Shown piece by piece: positions 47,228 to 57,822 of a stretch of 64,000 nt of DNA (positions are counted from its first letter, which is position 1; each line of letters opens with the position of its first letter). The position numbers and the translations under genes are program-made. The DNA lies in contig CAZJFL010000006.1 in the NCBI GenBank assembly GCA_964545575.1, positions 25,721-89,720 on the forward strand. The letters are read 5' to 3'. The notes under the pieces are model-generated. The model was not told where the DNA came from and made no database searches. It worked only from the letters and a program-made list of their open reading frames with translations. This DNA is from an uncultured Planctomycetales bacterium (GTDB lineage: Bacteria > Omnitrophota > Gorgyraeia > Gygaellales > Profunditerraquicolaceae).

Positions 47228-48653
47228 AAGCCTCGGGGATTATCAGTCCGGCCCTTTGGAAGATTTCCAGGTTAAAGGGATCGGCTGCGATTCTAAAAAG
47301 ATCTCGGACGGTTTTATTTTTATCGCCATCAAAGGCACGGCTAGAGACGGGCACAGGTTTATTCAAGAGGCGATAAAAAAAGGCGCGGGGGCGGTAATAG
47401 CAGAGGAGCCGCAAGCCTCGGTTAAAAATCTTATTATAGTTAATGATACGCGCCGGGCTCTGGCTAAATTAGCCGCGGCATTTTACGGTTACCCCGCGCG
47501 TAAAATAAAAATAATCGGCATCACCGGCACCAACGGTAAAACCACTGTTTCGTACCTGGTGGAAAAGATGTTAAAAGAAGCGGGGGCAGGAGTTGCGGTG
47601 ATCGGCACGATCAATTACCGTTTCAAAGACAAAGTTATCCCCGCCAAGAATACCACCCCCGGCCCGATAGAAATCCAGTCGCTGTTGGCGGATATGCGCC
47701 AAAGCGGCGTTCAGTACGCAGTGATGGAAGTTTCTTCACATGCCCTTGATCAGAATAGGATAGAGGGAATAGATTTCAGTTCTGCGATATTCACCAATCT
47801 TACTCAGGACCACCTGGATTACCACCTGACTTTAGAAAACTACTTTTTAGCTAAGGCAAAGTTATTTCAGGGGCTTAGCCCGCAGGCCTTTGCCGTGCTG
47901 AATAACGATGACCCTTATTCAGAGAGGCTAAAAAAGATGACCCGGGCAAAGATAGTTACTTATGCTATAGAGAAGAAAGCAGACCTGGCGGCAGGCCAGA
48001 TACAGATGGATATGTCGGCAACGACTTTTTCGCTGGGTTACCGCCAGGCAAAGATGTTAGGAAGGGTGAGTCTGATCGGCAAGCATAATGTCTATAATCT
48101 CTTAGCCGCCGTTGCCTGGGGGCTTACGGAAGGGTTAGATCCGGAAATAATTAAATCTGCCCTGGAAAAATTCGGGGTTGTCCCCGGCAGGCTGCAAAGA
48201 ATAGATTGTCCAAATGGGTTCTCGGTTTTTGTGGATTACGCCCATACGGAAGATGCGCTGACCAGCGTGATTAAAACATTAAGGCAATTATCTAAAAAAA
48301 GGATTATTGTGGTCTTTGGCTGCGGAGGAGAACGCGATAAGACCAAACGGTCTAAGATGGGCCGCGCGGTTTCTGAATTAGCGGATTTTGCGATTATCAC
48401 CAGCGATAATCCCCGCTCGGAAGAGCCTCTTTCGATCATCGAAGATATCAAGCAGGGGATCAGCAAAAATAATTATTGCGTGATTCCGGAACGCAGGGAT
48501 GCGATCCGGGAGTCTTTGTCTATGGCCAAGCCGCAAGATATTGTTTTAGTGGCGGGCAAAGGCCATGAGAACTGCCAGATATTAAAAGATAAAACCATAC
48601 CTTTTGACGACTCCGAGGTGGTAAAAGAATGTTTACGCTCAATGAATTATTAA
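47205..48653 (+). CDS. murE: UDP-MurNAc-L-Ala-D-Glu--2,6-diaminopimelate ligase
   Basis: Mur ligase P-loop ITGTNGKTT. Position in the dcw cluster. Confidence 0.9.
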   Translation: MRLKELIKSLGDYQSGPLEDFQVKGIGCDSKKISDGFIFIAIKGTARDGHRFIQEAIKKGAGAVIAEEPQASVKNLIIVNDTRRALAKLAAAFYGYPARKIKIIGITGTNGKTTVSYLVEKMLKEAGAGVAVIGTINYRFKDKVIPAKNTTPGPIEIQSLLADMRQSGVQYAVMEVSSHALDQNRIEGIDFSSAIFTNLTQDHLDYHLTLENYFLAKAKLFQGLSPQAFAVLNNDDPYSERLKKMTRAKIVTYAIEKKADLAAGQIQMDMSATTFSLGYRQAKMLGRVSLIGKHNVYNLLAAVAWGLTEGLDPEIIKSALEKFGVVPGRLQRIDCPNGFSVFVDYAHTEDALTSVIKTLRQLSKKRIIVVFGCGGERDKTKRSKMGRAVSELADFAIITSDNPRSEEPLSIIEDIKQGISKNNYCVIPERRDAIRESLSMAKPQDIVLVAGKGHENCQILKDKTIPFDDSEVVKECLRSMNY

Positions 48654-49990
48654 AGGCTACCGGCGGAAAATTAATCCGGGGCGCAAGCGATAGCCCGATC
48701 AGGGGCATTTCCATAGATTCAAGGACCCTCAAGCCGCAGGAGGCGTTTATCGCGATAAAAGGGATTAATTTTGACGGCCATGATTTTATCCCGGAAGCAA
48801 TCAATAGGGGGGCATCCTGCGTGATAAAAAACAGGCAAAGTAAGACTAAAGGCGCGTTGCCGGTTGCCTTGTTAGAAGTTAAAGATACGCTGCTGGCTTT
48901 AGGCGATATTGCGCGTTTTCAGCGCAGGAAGTTTAATCTTCCGGTTATCGCGGTTACGGGGAGTAACGGAAAAACTACCGCTAAGGAGATGATTGCAGAA
49001 GTTCTTTCTGTAAAATTCAGGGTACTTAAAAACCCGGGGACCAAGAATAATCAAATCGGTCTTCCGATGACCCTGCTGAATTTAAGCGCCGGCTACGATA
49101 TGGCAGTTTTAGAAATCGGGACCAACCATTTTGGCGAAGTAGATTATTTAAGCAGGATCTGCCTGCCGAATATAGGCGTGATTACTAATATCGGGCCGGC
49201 GCATCTGGAATATCTTAATGATTTAAAGGGCGTATTCCGGGAGAAATGCGCTTTGCTGAAGAACCTAAAGAGGCCTGCCCTGGCTATCCTGAATGCCGAC
49301 GATAAGCTGTTAAAAAAAGAGCTCTGCCGTAAAACTAAAGGATCCATAGTATTGGGATTCGGCACCAGGCAGAAGAGCGATTTTTTCGCCTCGGATATCA
49401 GGTCTAAAGCCGGAAGAACCGAATTTTTGCTCCGGAAGAAGCATAGGTTCGCGTTAAATACCGCAGGGTATCATAATATCTATAATGCCCTGATTGCGAT
49501 AGGCATAGGCCGTATTTTCGGTTTAAGTTATCCTGGAATTTCCGCCAGCTTATCGGGTTTTACTTTTCCCGAGGGCAGGCTTAACCTCAAGACGATAAAT
49601 AACCTCACCTTTCTTGACGATACCTATAACTCCAATCCTTTTTCTTTAGAGCAGGCGCTTTCTGCCTTGGCCGGCCTGAAGCCGAAGGGGAGAAAAATTT
49701 TTGTGATGGGCGACATGTTTGAATTGGGCAAAGACCGCGAACTATTCCACAGACGCCCGGCCAAAATTATAGCTAAGGCCTGCGATGTATTCATTGCCGC
49801 GGGAAAACTCTCTAAACTGACGGCAAAGGCGCTTGCATCAGGCGGTTTCCCGGCTAAAAATATATTCACCTGCGAAACCGCTTCCGAGGCGCGCGATATT
49901 TTATTTAAGAAGATATCTCCCCGGAGAAATGATATAATATTAGTGAAGGGATCGCGCTTGATGAAGATGGAGGAGGTCTTAAGAACCTAA
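48629..49990 (+). CDS. murF: UDP-MurNAc-tripeptide--D-alanyl-D-alanine ligase
   Basis: Mur ligase P-loop VTGSNGKTT. Confidence 0.9.
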   Translation: MFTLNELLKATGGKLIRGASDSPIRGISIDSRTLKPQEAFIAIKGINFDGHDFIPEAINRGASCVIKNRQSKTKGALPVALLEVKDTLLALGDIARFQRRKFNLPVIAVTGSNGKTTAKEMIAEVLSVKFRVLKNPGTKNNQIGLPMTLLNLSAGYDMAVLEIGTNHFGEVDYLSRICLPNIGVITNIGPAHLEYLNDLKGVFREKCALLKNLKRPALAILNADDKLLKKELCRKTKGSIVLGFGTRQKSDFFASDIRSKAGRTEFLLRKKHRFALNTAGYHNIYNALIAIGIGRIFGLSYPGISASLSGFTFPEGRLNLKTINNLTFLDDTYNSNPFSLEQALSALAGLKPKGRKIFVMGDMFELGKDRELFHRRPAKIIAKACDVFIAAGKLSKLTAKALASGGFPAKNIFTCETASEARDILFKKISPRRNDIILVKGSRLMKMEEVLRT

Positions 49991-49991
49991 G

Positions 49992-51080
49992 ATGCTATAT
50001 TATCTGCTCTACCCGTTACACGATCTAATTTCCGCTTTTAACGTCTTCCGTTATATTACTTTCCGCGCGGCCATGGCGGCAATCACCGCTTTTCTGATCA
50101 GCCTGATCTTCGGTCCCCTCCTGATTAGAAAGCTTAAACAACTAAAGATAGGAGAGAAGACTAGAAAAGAGGATAGTCCTACCCTGGATGATTTACACCG
50201 CCATAAACAAGATACCCCCACCATGGGCGGGATATTGATTTTGCTGGCGATTATCTCGGCTACGCTCTTATGGGCGGAAGTAACCAATAAATATATAATT
50301 ATTGCCCTCTTCGTTACTCTCTGGTTAGGCTTAACCGGCCTCTGTGATGATTATTTAAAACAGGTAAAAAAGAGGCCCAAGGGTTTAGCTGCCAGCGCTA
50401 AGCTTACCAGCCAGATCGTCTTAGGGCTGATTTTGGGCACGGTTTGTTTCTTAGACCCACAGAATATCACCAAAATTGACGTGCCGTTTTTAAAAGACGT
50501 ATCATTGGACCTCGGGATGTTCTACATATTATTTATTATCGTCGTGATCACCGGCGCATCAAATGCCGTGAACCTGACCGACGGCTTAGATGGCCTGGCC
50601 ATAGGCATAGTAGTGATGGTGGCTATAGCTTTTAGCGTATTAAGCTACGTCTCGGGCAATATCAAGTTTAGCAACTACCTCTTAATACCGTATCTAGCCG
50701 GAAGCGGAGAATTAACCGTATTTTGCTCTTCCATCATAGGAGCGGGGCTGGGTTTTTTATGGTTTAATTGTTATCCGGCATCTATCTTTATGGGCGATGT
50801 GGGGTCGCTGGGCTTAGGCGGGGCATTAGGGACGGTGGCGATATTACTTAAAAAAGAGTTGCTTTTAGTAATCGTAGGTGGGATATTTGTTCTGGAGGCC
50901 CTATCGGTGATTTTACAGGTCGCATCCTTCCGCCTCACCGGGAAGCGGATATTTAAAATCGCTCCCCTGCACCATCATTTTCAATTTCTGGGCTGGAACG
51001 AAAATAAGGTGATTGTCAGGTTCTGGATTGCGGCTAGCCTTCTAGCCCTACTTACATTGGTTACTTTGAAGATACGCTAG
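49992..51080 (+). CDS. mraY: Phospho-N-acetylmuramoyl-pentapeptide transferase
   Basis: 10-TM protein with …NAVNLTDGLDGLA… and PLHHHF motifs. Confidence 0.95.
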   Translation: MLYYLLYPLHDLISAFNVFRYITFRAAMAAITAFLISLIFGPLLIRKLKQLKIGEKTRKEDSPTLDDLHRHKQDTPTMGGILILLAIISATLLWAEVTNKYIIIALFVTLWLGLTGLCDDYLKQVKKRPKGLAASAKLTSQIVLGLILGTVCFLDPQNITKIDVPFLKDVSLDLGMFYILFIIVVITGASNAVNLTDGLDGLAIGIVVMVAIAFSVLSYVSGNIKFSNYLLIPYLAGSGELTVFCSSIIGAGLGFLWFNCYPASIFMGDVGSLGLGGALGTVAILLKKELLLVIVGGIFVLEALSVILQVASFRLTGKRIFKIAPLHHHFQFLGWNENKVIVRFWIAASLLALLTLVTLKIR

Positions 51081-51093
51081 TTTCATTTTTCCC

Positions 51094-52377
51094 ATGCGCA
51101 ACACCGCATATTTTAAGGATAAAAAAATCACCATAGTGGGGCTTGCCCGTTCGGGGCTGGCCTGCGCAAACCTGCTCGACGCTTTAGGCGCTAAGGTTAG
51201 TATTACCGACCAACAGGATAGCGATACCACGCGCGCCCATGCCGCAAAATTAAAATCAAAAGAGATAAAATTAGAATTAGGCCGGCACACCCAGGATTTT
51301 GTTCAGGGGCAGGACATGCTAGTGGTATCTCCGGGTGTCCCGTATGATGCCTTGCCGCTTGCCTGGGCAAGAGAGAAGAATATCCCGGTCATCAGCGAGA
51401 TAGAAGTGGGCTGGCGGCTATGTCCGGCGGTGGTCATTGCGGTCACCGGCTCAAACGGTAAAACCACGGTTACCACTCTGATCGGTAAAATATTAGCCGC
51501 CGCCGGTAAAAGGGTTTTTATCTTAGGTAATATCGGAAAGCCTTTTTGCGGGGAGTTAGAAAAGATACAAGAAGGCGATTTTGTATCCCTGGAAGTAAGT
51601 TCTTTTCAGCTGGAGACCATCGATAAGTTTAAGCCTAAGGTAGCGGTTATGCTGAACTTTAGCCCCAACCACTTAGACCGGCATAAGGATATGCGGGAAT
51701 ACCTAAAGGCCAAAAAGCGCATCTTTCTGAATCAGGACGCTTCTGATTATTTAGTTTTAAATAAGCGTGACCCCGCACTAAAGGATTTAGCCGGTCAGGC
51801 CCGCTCTAAAATCATTTATTTTGCAGAAAGCCAGAGTTTGAACCCTAATCAGGCCGCGGTTTTAGAGGTAGGTTCAATATTGGGCATCGACAAAGAAACG
51901 TGCCTGGAGGTATTCAGGACATTCAAGGGGGTCGAGCACCGCTTGGAATCAGTGGGTGAGATACAGGGGGTAGAGTTTATCAATGATTCCAAGAGCACGA
52001 ACGTGGAATCCACAGCCTGGGCGTTAGAGACGTTGAAAAAACCGGTGATACTGATTGCCGGAGGCAGGGATAAAAATCTTGATTACAGCGCAATTCTGGA
52101 TTTAGTGCAGAGAAGAGTAAAAAGTATTATTTTAATCGGCGAGGCAAAGGTAAAATTAAGGCAGGCCTTGGAGAGTTTCCCTTATTTAGAAGATGCCCCG
52201 ACATTAGAAGAGGCGTTAGAGTTAGCGCGCCGCAAGGCCTCGCACGGCGATTGCGTTTTGCTTTCTCCGATGTGCACAAGCTTCGATATGTTTCAGGATT
52301 TCGAAGACAGGGGCAGGGCTTTCAAAAAGGCAGTTTATAGCTTAATGACAAAGGAGAAGATTGATCCTAGTAATTAG
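51094..52377 (+). CDS. murD: UDP-MurNAc-L-Ala--D-glutamate ligase
   Basis: Rossmann N-terminus and P-loop VTGSNGKTT. Confidence 0.9.
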   Translation: MRNTAYFKDKKITIVGLARSGLACANLLDALGAKVSITDQQDSDTTRAHAAKLKSKEIKLELGRHTQDFVQGQDMLVVSPGVPYDALPLAWAREKNIPVISEIEVGWRLCPAVVIAVTGSNGKTTVTTLIGKILAAAGKRVFILGNIGKPFCGELEKIQEGDFVSLEVSSFQLETIDKFKPKVAVMLNFSPNHLDRHKDMREYLKAKKRIFLNQDASDYLVLNKRDPALKDLAGQARSKIIYFAESQSLNPNQAAVLEVGSILGIDKETCLEVFRTFKGVEHRLESVGEIQGVEFINDSKSTNVESTAWALETLKKPVILIAGGRDKNLDYSAILDLVQRRVKSIILIGEAKVKLRQALESFPYLEDAPTLEEALELARRKASHGDCVLLSPMCTSFDMFQDFEDRGRAFKKAVYSLMTKEKIDPSN

Positions 52378-52378
52378 T

Positions 52379-52465
52379 ACGCCAGTAACTAGTAACTGGT
52401 AATCTTTTTAAAAATTACTAGTTACAAGTTACTAGTTTACCAGTTACTAAAATTGTGGTTATAAT
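52379..52465. repeat. AT-rich compound palindrome built from AGTAACT/AGTTACT heptamers
   Basis: GCCAGTAACTAGTAACTGGTAA-tctttttaaaaa-TTACTAGTTACAAGTTACTAGTTTACCAGTTACT. GTAACTAGTAAC is the reverse complement of GTTACTAGTTAC. Confidence 0.55.
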
Positions 52466-52479
52466 TTTGAGTTTTAAGT

Positions 52480-53574
52480 ATGGCTCGCAATACCAGGATA
52501 AACCTGTTTACAGTCACGGTAATTTTAATCTGTATTGGTATCGTGATGATCTATAGCGCCTCCAGCATCTACGCCTGGGAAAGGTATCAGGACAGCGCAT
52601 TTTTCTTAAAAAGGCACATCCTGTTTTTGGCGATAGGAATAGTGCTTACTTTTCTGGTGATGAGCATTGATTATAAAGTCTTCAGAAAGTTCTCCCGGCC
52701 GCTTTTATTTATTTCTTTCTTTTTGCTGGCCTTAGTTTTAATCCCCGGCATCGGCAGGGAAGTCTCCGGGGCAAGGCGGTGGTTCAGGTTTAAGGTCATC
52801 AGTTTCCAGCCGTCAGAATTAGCAAACCTGGCAGTGATCATTTATGTCGCGGATTTTATCGCCCGCAAGGGCAATCTCATTAAAACATTTCTGAAGGGCT
52901 TTCTGCCGCCGCTATTAATCTTAGGGGCGGCGGCGCTCTTGATTCTTATCCAGCCGGACTTAGGCACGGTAATGGCTATGGGAATAGTGGTATTTATTAT
53001 GCTTTTTGTCGCGGGGGCGCGCGTATCGTATCTAGCCTCGGTAATATTAGCCAGCCTTCCGGCGCTTTATCTTTTGATCTTTCGGGTTCCTTACCGCCGG
53101 ATGCGCATCATGGCTTTTTTAAATCCTTGGGTAGACCCGCGGGGGAGCGGTTTTCAGATTATCCAGTCGCAGATCGCCTTGGGCTCAGGAGGGATGTTCG
53201 GGGTGGGCCTGGGGCATTCCATGCAAAAACTTTTTTATTTACCCGCAGCGCATACGGATTTTATTTTTTCCATTATCGGAGAAGAATTGGGTTTGGGCGG
53301 GACCATCGCGGTGATTATCTTGTTTGTTATCCTGATCCTGGAAGGGCTGAAGGTAGTCAAGAATGCCCCGGATAAGTTCGGTTATTTTTTAGCCTTGGGC
53401 CTGGTTTCTATGATTTCTATCAAGGCAATCATCAATATCGGAGTTTCCTGCGGCCTGCTGCCTACTAAAGGCCTGCCGCTTCCTTTTATCAGTTACGGCG
53501 GTTCTTCCTTTATCTTTGATTTGGTTAGCGTAGGGATCCTGATGAATATCGCCCGCACCGGAGAATATCCATGA
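52480..53574 (+). CDS. ftsW: Peptidoglycan glycosyltransferase FtsW (SEDS family)
   Basis: 10-TM SEDS protein. Position between murD and murG. Confidence 0.9.
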   Translation: MARNTRINLFTVTVILICIGIVMIYSASSIYAWERYQDSAFFLKRHILFLAIGIVLTFLVMSIDYKVFRKFSRPLLFISFFLLALVLIPGIGREVSGARRWFRFKVISFQPSELANLAVIIYVADFIARKGNLIKTFLKGFLPPLLILGAAALLILIQPDLGTVMAMGIVVFIMLFVAGARVSYLASVILASLPALYLLIFRVPYRRMRIMAFLNPWVDPRGSGFQIIQSQIALGSGGMFGVGLGHSMQKLFYLPAAHTDFIFSIIGEELGLGGTIAVIILFVILILEGLKVVKNAPDKFGYFLALGLVSMISIKAIINIGVSCGLLPTKGLPLPFISYGGSSFIFDLVSVGILMNIARTGEYP

Positions 53575-54656
53575 GAATCCTGGTTGTCACCGGCGCAAGC
53601 GGCGGACATATTTTTCCCGCCATAGCTTTCCTGGAAAACCTGAAAACCAGGCTTGCCGATGCAGAAACGCTTTTACTCCTGCCCAGAAATAACGCGGCAA
53701 GAGGCATAGATGCCAAAGTTTTAAAAGTAAGTTATATTTCCATCACCGCTGTTAAGGCCGCATTCACTTTTAAAAATATTGCCGCGCTATATAATTTCTG
53801 CAAAGGGTCTCTGGAGACTTTCTTTATTATCTTAGAGTTTCGTCCGGATAGGGTGGTGGGATTCGGCAGCCTCGCTTCTATCCCGGCAATTTTATTGGCC
53901 TGGCTTTTCCGGACCAAGAGCGTAATCCATGAGCAGAATGTGATACCGGGCTGGGCAAACAGGTTGTTGGGGGTATTCGCGGATAAAATCGCCGTTTCCT
54001 TTGCTAAAACCGGGGAATATTTTCCCCGCTATAAAAATAAAGTGGTGCTCACCGGCAATCCGTTGCGCAGGGGATTAGCCCGGGTAGAAAAGAAAACGGC
54101 GCGGGATTTTTTCCAGCTCAATCCCGATAGATTTACCATTTTAGCCATCGGCGGCAGCCAGGGGAGCAGCAGCATAAATGCGGGGTTCTTTAAAGCCGTG
54201 TCCGCGCTATCGGATAAGTTTGACTTTCAGGTAATTCATATCGCGGGAGAGAAAGATTATCTTTTGCTAAAGGATGCTTACCAGGGCTTAAAGATAGAGC
54301 ATCGGATTTTCGGCTTCTTTGAGGCGATGCAATACGCTTATAGCGCAAGCGACCTGGCGGTATCCCGCGCCGGAGCTACCAGCATTGCGGAGTTGATATT
54401 TTTTAGGGTACCGGCAATAATTTCCCCGTACCCTTATGCCTGGCAGCATCAGGTGGCTAACGCCGAAATTTTAAGGAATGCCGGCGCTGCCGTTATCGTC
54501 GAGGATGAGGAACTCGCTGGAGATAAGTTAGCGCAAAATATAGCTAGCTTGATGAGTAACCGCGGGAAGCTAGACCAGATGCGTTCTGCCTACGCGGATA
54601 TTTTGCTGCCGCAGGCAGAGGATTTGTTGGTTCAGGAAATTATAACTTTGAATTGA
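53571..54656 (+). CDS. murG: UDP-GlcNAc--MurNAc-pentapeptide-PP-undecaprenol GlcNAc transferase
   Basis: GT28 family. N-terminal GGTGGH motif. Confidence 0.9.
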   Translation: MRILVVTGASGGHIFPAIAFLENLKTRLADAETLLLLPRNNAARGIDAKVLKVSYISITAVKAAFTFKNIAALYNFCKGSLETFFIILEFRPDRVVGFGSLASIPAILLAWLFRTKSVIHEQNVIPGWANRLLGVFADKIAVSFAKTGEYFPRYKNKVVLTGNPLRRGLARVEKKTARDFFQLNPDRFTILAIGGSQGSSSINAGFFKAVSALSDKFDFQVIHIAGEKDYLLLKDAYQGLKIEHRIFGFFEAMQYAYSASDLAVSRAGATSIAELIFFRVPAIISPYPYAWQHQVANAEILRNAGAAVIVEDEELAGDKLAQNIASLMSNRGKLDQMRSAYADILLPQAEDLLVQEIITLN

Positions 54657-54666
54657 GAGTCAGGGA

Positions 54667-56034
54667 ATGGCCAAACATTATCATTTTATAGGTATCGGGG
54701 GGATCGGCATGAGCGGCATCGCGCATTTGTTCCTCAGGCGCGGCCTAAAGGTAAGCGGCTCTGACCTGAAAAAGACCGAAATCACAGACGGGTTAGAAAA
54801 GTCGGGGGCAGAGATTCACTTCGGCCATGACGGCTTAAATACGCGCGGCGCAGAGGTAATTATCTATTCTTCCGCTATCAAAGAAGATAATCCCGAGATG
54901 ATCGCGGCAAAGAAAGCGGGTTTGCCTTTGCTAAAGAGGGCAGAGGCGCTGGCACAACTGATGCAGGACAGAATCGGCATTACCGTTACCGGCAGCCACG
55001 GCAAGACCACTACCACGTCCCTGGTATCTTATCTATTACTGGAAACGGGGCTCTCGCCCACCGTAGTAATAGGCGGGATACTCAAAAATATAGATAGCAA
55101 CGCCTCTTCCGGGGAGGGTAAGTTTTTTGTCGCCGAGGCAGATGAATCTGACGGCTCGTTCCTTTGTTACCGGCCGAAATACTCCATCATTACCAATATC
55201 GACTATGAGCACTTGGATTATTATCAGAATTTCGAGAATCAGTTAGCCGCTTTTGGCGAGTTCATCAGGAGGACCGATCAGGAGGGTTGTGTTTTTGCTT
55301 GTAGCGATGATGCGAATCTAAAGAAAATATTAGGTGCATATAAAAATAGATATCTGCTATTCGGTTTAAAAGAAGGCGCACAGATTTACCCCCGGAACAT
55401 AAAAATTCAGGGTCTTGCCTGCGACTTCGATTGCTATTATCGGGATAGATTTATTCAGAGATTCCATTTGGCCTTAGGCGGGATGCATAATGTTTCTAAT
55501 GCCCTGGCGGTGATTGCTCTGGGGATGGAACTTAAGATAGGCCTAGGCCTGATACAAAAGGCGCTGGCTAATTACCCCGGCGCCCGCCGCAGGATAGATG
55601 TAAAGTTAAAGGATCAAGATTATCTGATCATCGACGATTATGCGCATCATCCTACGGAGATAAAGGCTACACTTGCCGCAGTCAGGAATTTAGGGCCGCG
55701 GCGGTTAATCGCAATATTCCAGCCGCACCGCTACACGCGCACAAAGTTGCTTTTGGATGAGTTCGGCAGGAGCTTTGACCTGGCCGATTACGTAGTGATC
55801 ACGGACATCTATCCTGCCGGCGAACCCCCCATCGCGGGAATTACGGCGAAGTTAATTTATGATAGAATAAGGCTAAACCATCCGGATAAAAAAATATACT
55901 ATCTGCCTAAAGAGGAAATTTTAGAGCATATCGCTGGAAATATACGCTCCGGTGACTTAGTAATTACTTTGGGAGCCGGAGATATTGTCAAGACTAACGA
56001 TGCATTGGTGGAAAAGCTTAAAAGGAAAAGTTAA
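54667..56034 (+). CDS. murC: UDP-N-acetylmuramate--L-alanine ligase
   Basis: HFIGIGGIGMSGIA N-terminus and P-loop VTGSHGKTTT. Confidence 0.9.
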   Translation: MAKHYHFIGIGGIGMSGIAHLFLRRGLKVSGSDLKKTEITDGLEKSGAEIHFGHDGLNTRGAEVIIYSSAIKEDNPEMIAAKKAGLPLLKRAEALAQLMQDRIGITVTGSHGKTTTTSLVSYLLLETGLSPTVVIGGILKNIDSNASSGEGKFFVAEADESDGSFLCYRPKYSIITNIDYEHLDYYQNFENQLAAFGEFIRRTDQEGCVFACSDDANLKKILGAYKNRYLLFGLKEGAQIYPRNIKIQGLACDFDCYYRDRFIQRFHLALGGMHNVSNALAVIALGMELKIGLGLIQKALANYPGARRRIDVKLKDQDYLIIDDYAHHPTEIKATLAAVRNLGPRRLIAIFQPHRYTRTKLLLDEFGRSFDLADYVVITDIYPAGEPPIAGITAKLIYDRIRLNHPDKKIYYLPKEEILEHIAGNIRSGDLVITLGAGDIVKTNDALVEKLKRKS

Positions 56035-56881
56035 AACAAGAGAGCCGCTTAGAGACCACACCACTTTTAAAATCGGCGGGCCGGCCAGGTTTTTTGTCGA
56101 GCCAAAGGACATCCGGGATTTAAGGTTATTGCTGTATTTTAAAAAAAGATATAAACTGCCGATTTTTATACTGGGCGCCGGAAGCAATATTTTGGCAGGG
56201 GATAAAGGAGTAAAAGGCGTAGTTTTACATCTGGGTTCTCTGTATTTTAAGCGGGTCTTTTTCCGTAATAATTTTATAGAGGCGGGAAGCGCAGTATTGT
56301 TAAGCCGGGCTATCCGTTTATCCGGCGAACGCGGCTTATCGGGGCTGGAATATCTGGCCGGTATTCCCGGTAGCATCGCAGGGGCGTTGGCAATGAATGC
56401 GGCGGTGGCGGATAAAGCAATCGCGGATTTGGTGGAAAATGTCACGGTTATGGATTATAATGGTAAGGTCAAGGTTTTGCATAAAAAAGACCTTAGGTTC
56501 GGGTACCGTAAATCCAATTTGACAAAATACCTGATTTTAAGCGTCTGCCTGAAGCTGGCCAGAAAAAATAAGCGCAGGATTCAAGAAGAAGCTATGCGGC
56601 GTCTTCGCCGCCGCTGGCTGACGCAGGATTTATCTCTTCCCTCTGCGGGCTGCGTTTTTAGAAACCCAAAGCATGATTCCGCCGGCAGGCTGATAGACTT
56701 ATGTGGTTTAAAGGGCAAAGTAGCGGGTGGCGCGGCTATTTCCTTAAAGCACGCTAATTTTATAGTCAACGCCGGGCGTGCCCGGGCAAAAGACGTGCTG
56801 CGCTTGATGGATTTAGCTAAAAAAGAAGTAAGGAAAAAATTCGGCATCATATTAGAGCCGGAAATAAAAATATGGAAATAA
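55985..56881 (+). CDS. murB: UDP-N-acetylenolpyruvoylglucosamine reductase
   Basis: FAD-binding PCMH domain (…HTTFKIGGPA…GAGSNIL…). The true start is likely the ATG at about 56000, overlapping the murC 3' end. Confidence 0.85.
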   Translation: MSRLTMHWWKSLKGKVKTREPLRDHTTFKIGGPARFFVEPKDIRDLRLLLYFKKRYKLPIFILGAGSNILAGDKGVKGVVLHLGSLYFKRVFFRNNFIEAGSAVLLSRAIRLSGERGLSGLEYLAGIPGSIAGALAMNAAVADKAIADLVENVTVMDYNGKVKVLHKKDLRFGYRKSNLTKYLILSVCLKLARKNKRRIQEEAMRRLRRRWLTQDLSLPSAGCVFRNPKHDSAGRLIDLCGLKGKVAGGAAISLKHANFIVNAGRARAKDVLRLMDLAKKEVRKKFGIILEPEIKIWK

Positions 56882-57822
56882 AGACAGGCAGAATCGGCGT
56901 TTTAATGGGCGGTCCTTCCAGCGAAAGGGAGATTTCTTTAAAATCCGGAAAGGCGGTTTACGCCGCCTTAAGGAAGATGGGTGTTGACGCCGTCGCTATT
57001 GATATAACCACCGGCGATACCGAGGGCAATATCCGCCTGATAAAATCGCAAGATATAGACTGCGCCTTTATCGCCCTGCACGGATTTTTCGGAGAGGACG
57101 GCAAGATCCAGTCTATTTTAGATGCGCTCTTGATTCCCTATACCGGTTCGGGAAAATCAGCCAGTATGCTGGCGATGGATAAAGTGGCTGCGCGTAAAAT
57201 CATCGCTGCCAGGGGATTATCCGTTCCCAGGTATAAAGTCGTCCAAAAATGCTCCGACGGAGAAAATCTTACCCGCCAGATACACTTTGCTTTACCCTGG
57301 GTGATAAAACCAATCGGCCACGGCTCTAGCGTAGGCTTATCGATCATAGATGAAAGGAGAGATTTAAGCCGGGCATTAAAAATTGCTTTTGCCTATGACG
57401 ACGCACTGGTAGAAGAGTATATAAAAGGAAGGGAAGTTACCGTGGGCATATTAGGCGATGTTGCCCTGCCGGTGATAGAAATCGTACCGAAGAACAGATT
57501 TTTTGACTATCAGGCTAAATATACCCCCGGCATGACCGATTATATTCTGCCGGCAAAACTTCCGGAGCATGTTGCCGCCAGGATTCAGGATGCAGCCTTG
57601 TCTGCGCATCAGGCACTCGGTTGTTCGGGCTGCTCAAGAGTGGATATGATTCTGGATAAAACCGATACCCCTTTTGTGCTGGAGCTCAATTCTATACCCG
57701 GTTTTACCGAGACGAGCCTGCTGCCTAAGGCGGCCGGGATTACCGGTATCGAATTTGGCGAACTCTGCCTTAAACTAATCAGATTGGCATATGAAAAAGC
57801 AGAAGCCCCGCTTCCCCGTTAG
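56872..57822 (+). CDS. ddl: D-alanine--D-alanine ligase
   Basis: ATP-grasp fold; …GKSASML…, …EEYIKGREVTVGIL…. Confidence 0.9.
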   Translation: MEIKTGRIGVLMGGPSSEREISLKSGKAVYAALRKMGVDAVAIDITTGDTEGNIRLIKSQDIDCAFIALHGFFGEDGKIQSILDALLIPYTGSGKSASMLAMDKVAARKIIAARGLSVPRYKVVQKCSDGENLTRQIHFALPWVIKPIGHGSSVGLSIIDERRDLSRALKIAFAYDDALVEEYIKGREVTVGILGDVALPVIEIVPKNRFFDYQAKYTPGMTDYILPAKLPEHVAARIQDAALSAHQALGCSGCSRVDMILDKTDTPFVLELNSIPGFTETSLLPKAAGITGIEFGELCLKLIRLAYEKAEAPLPR

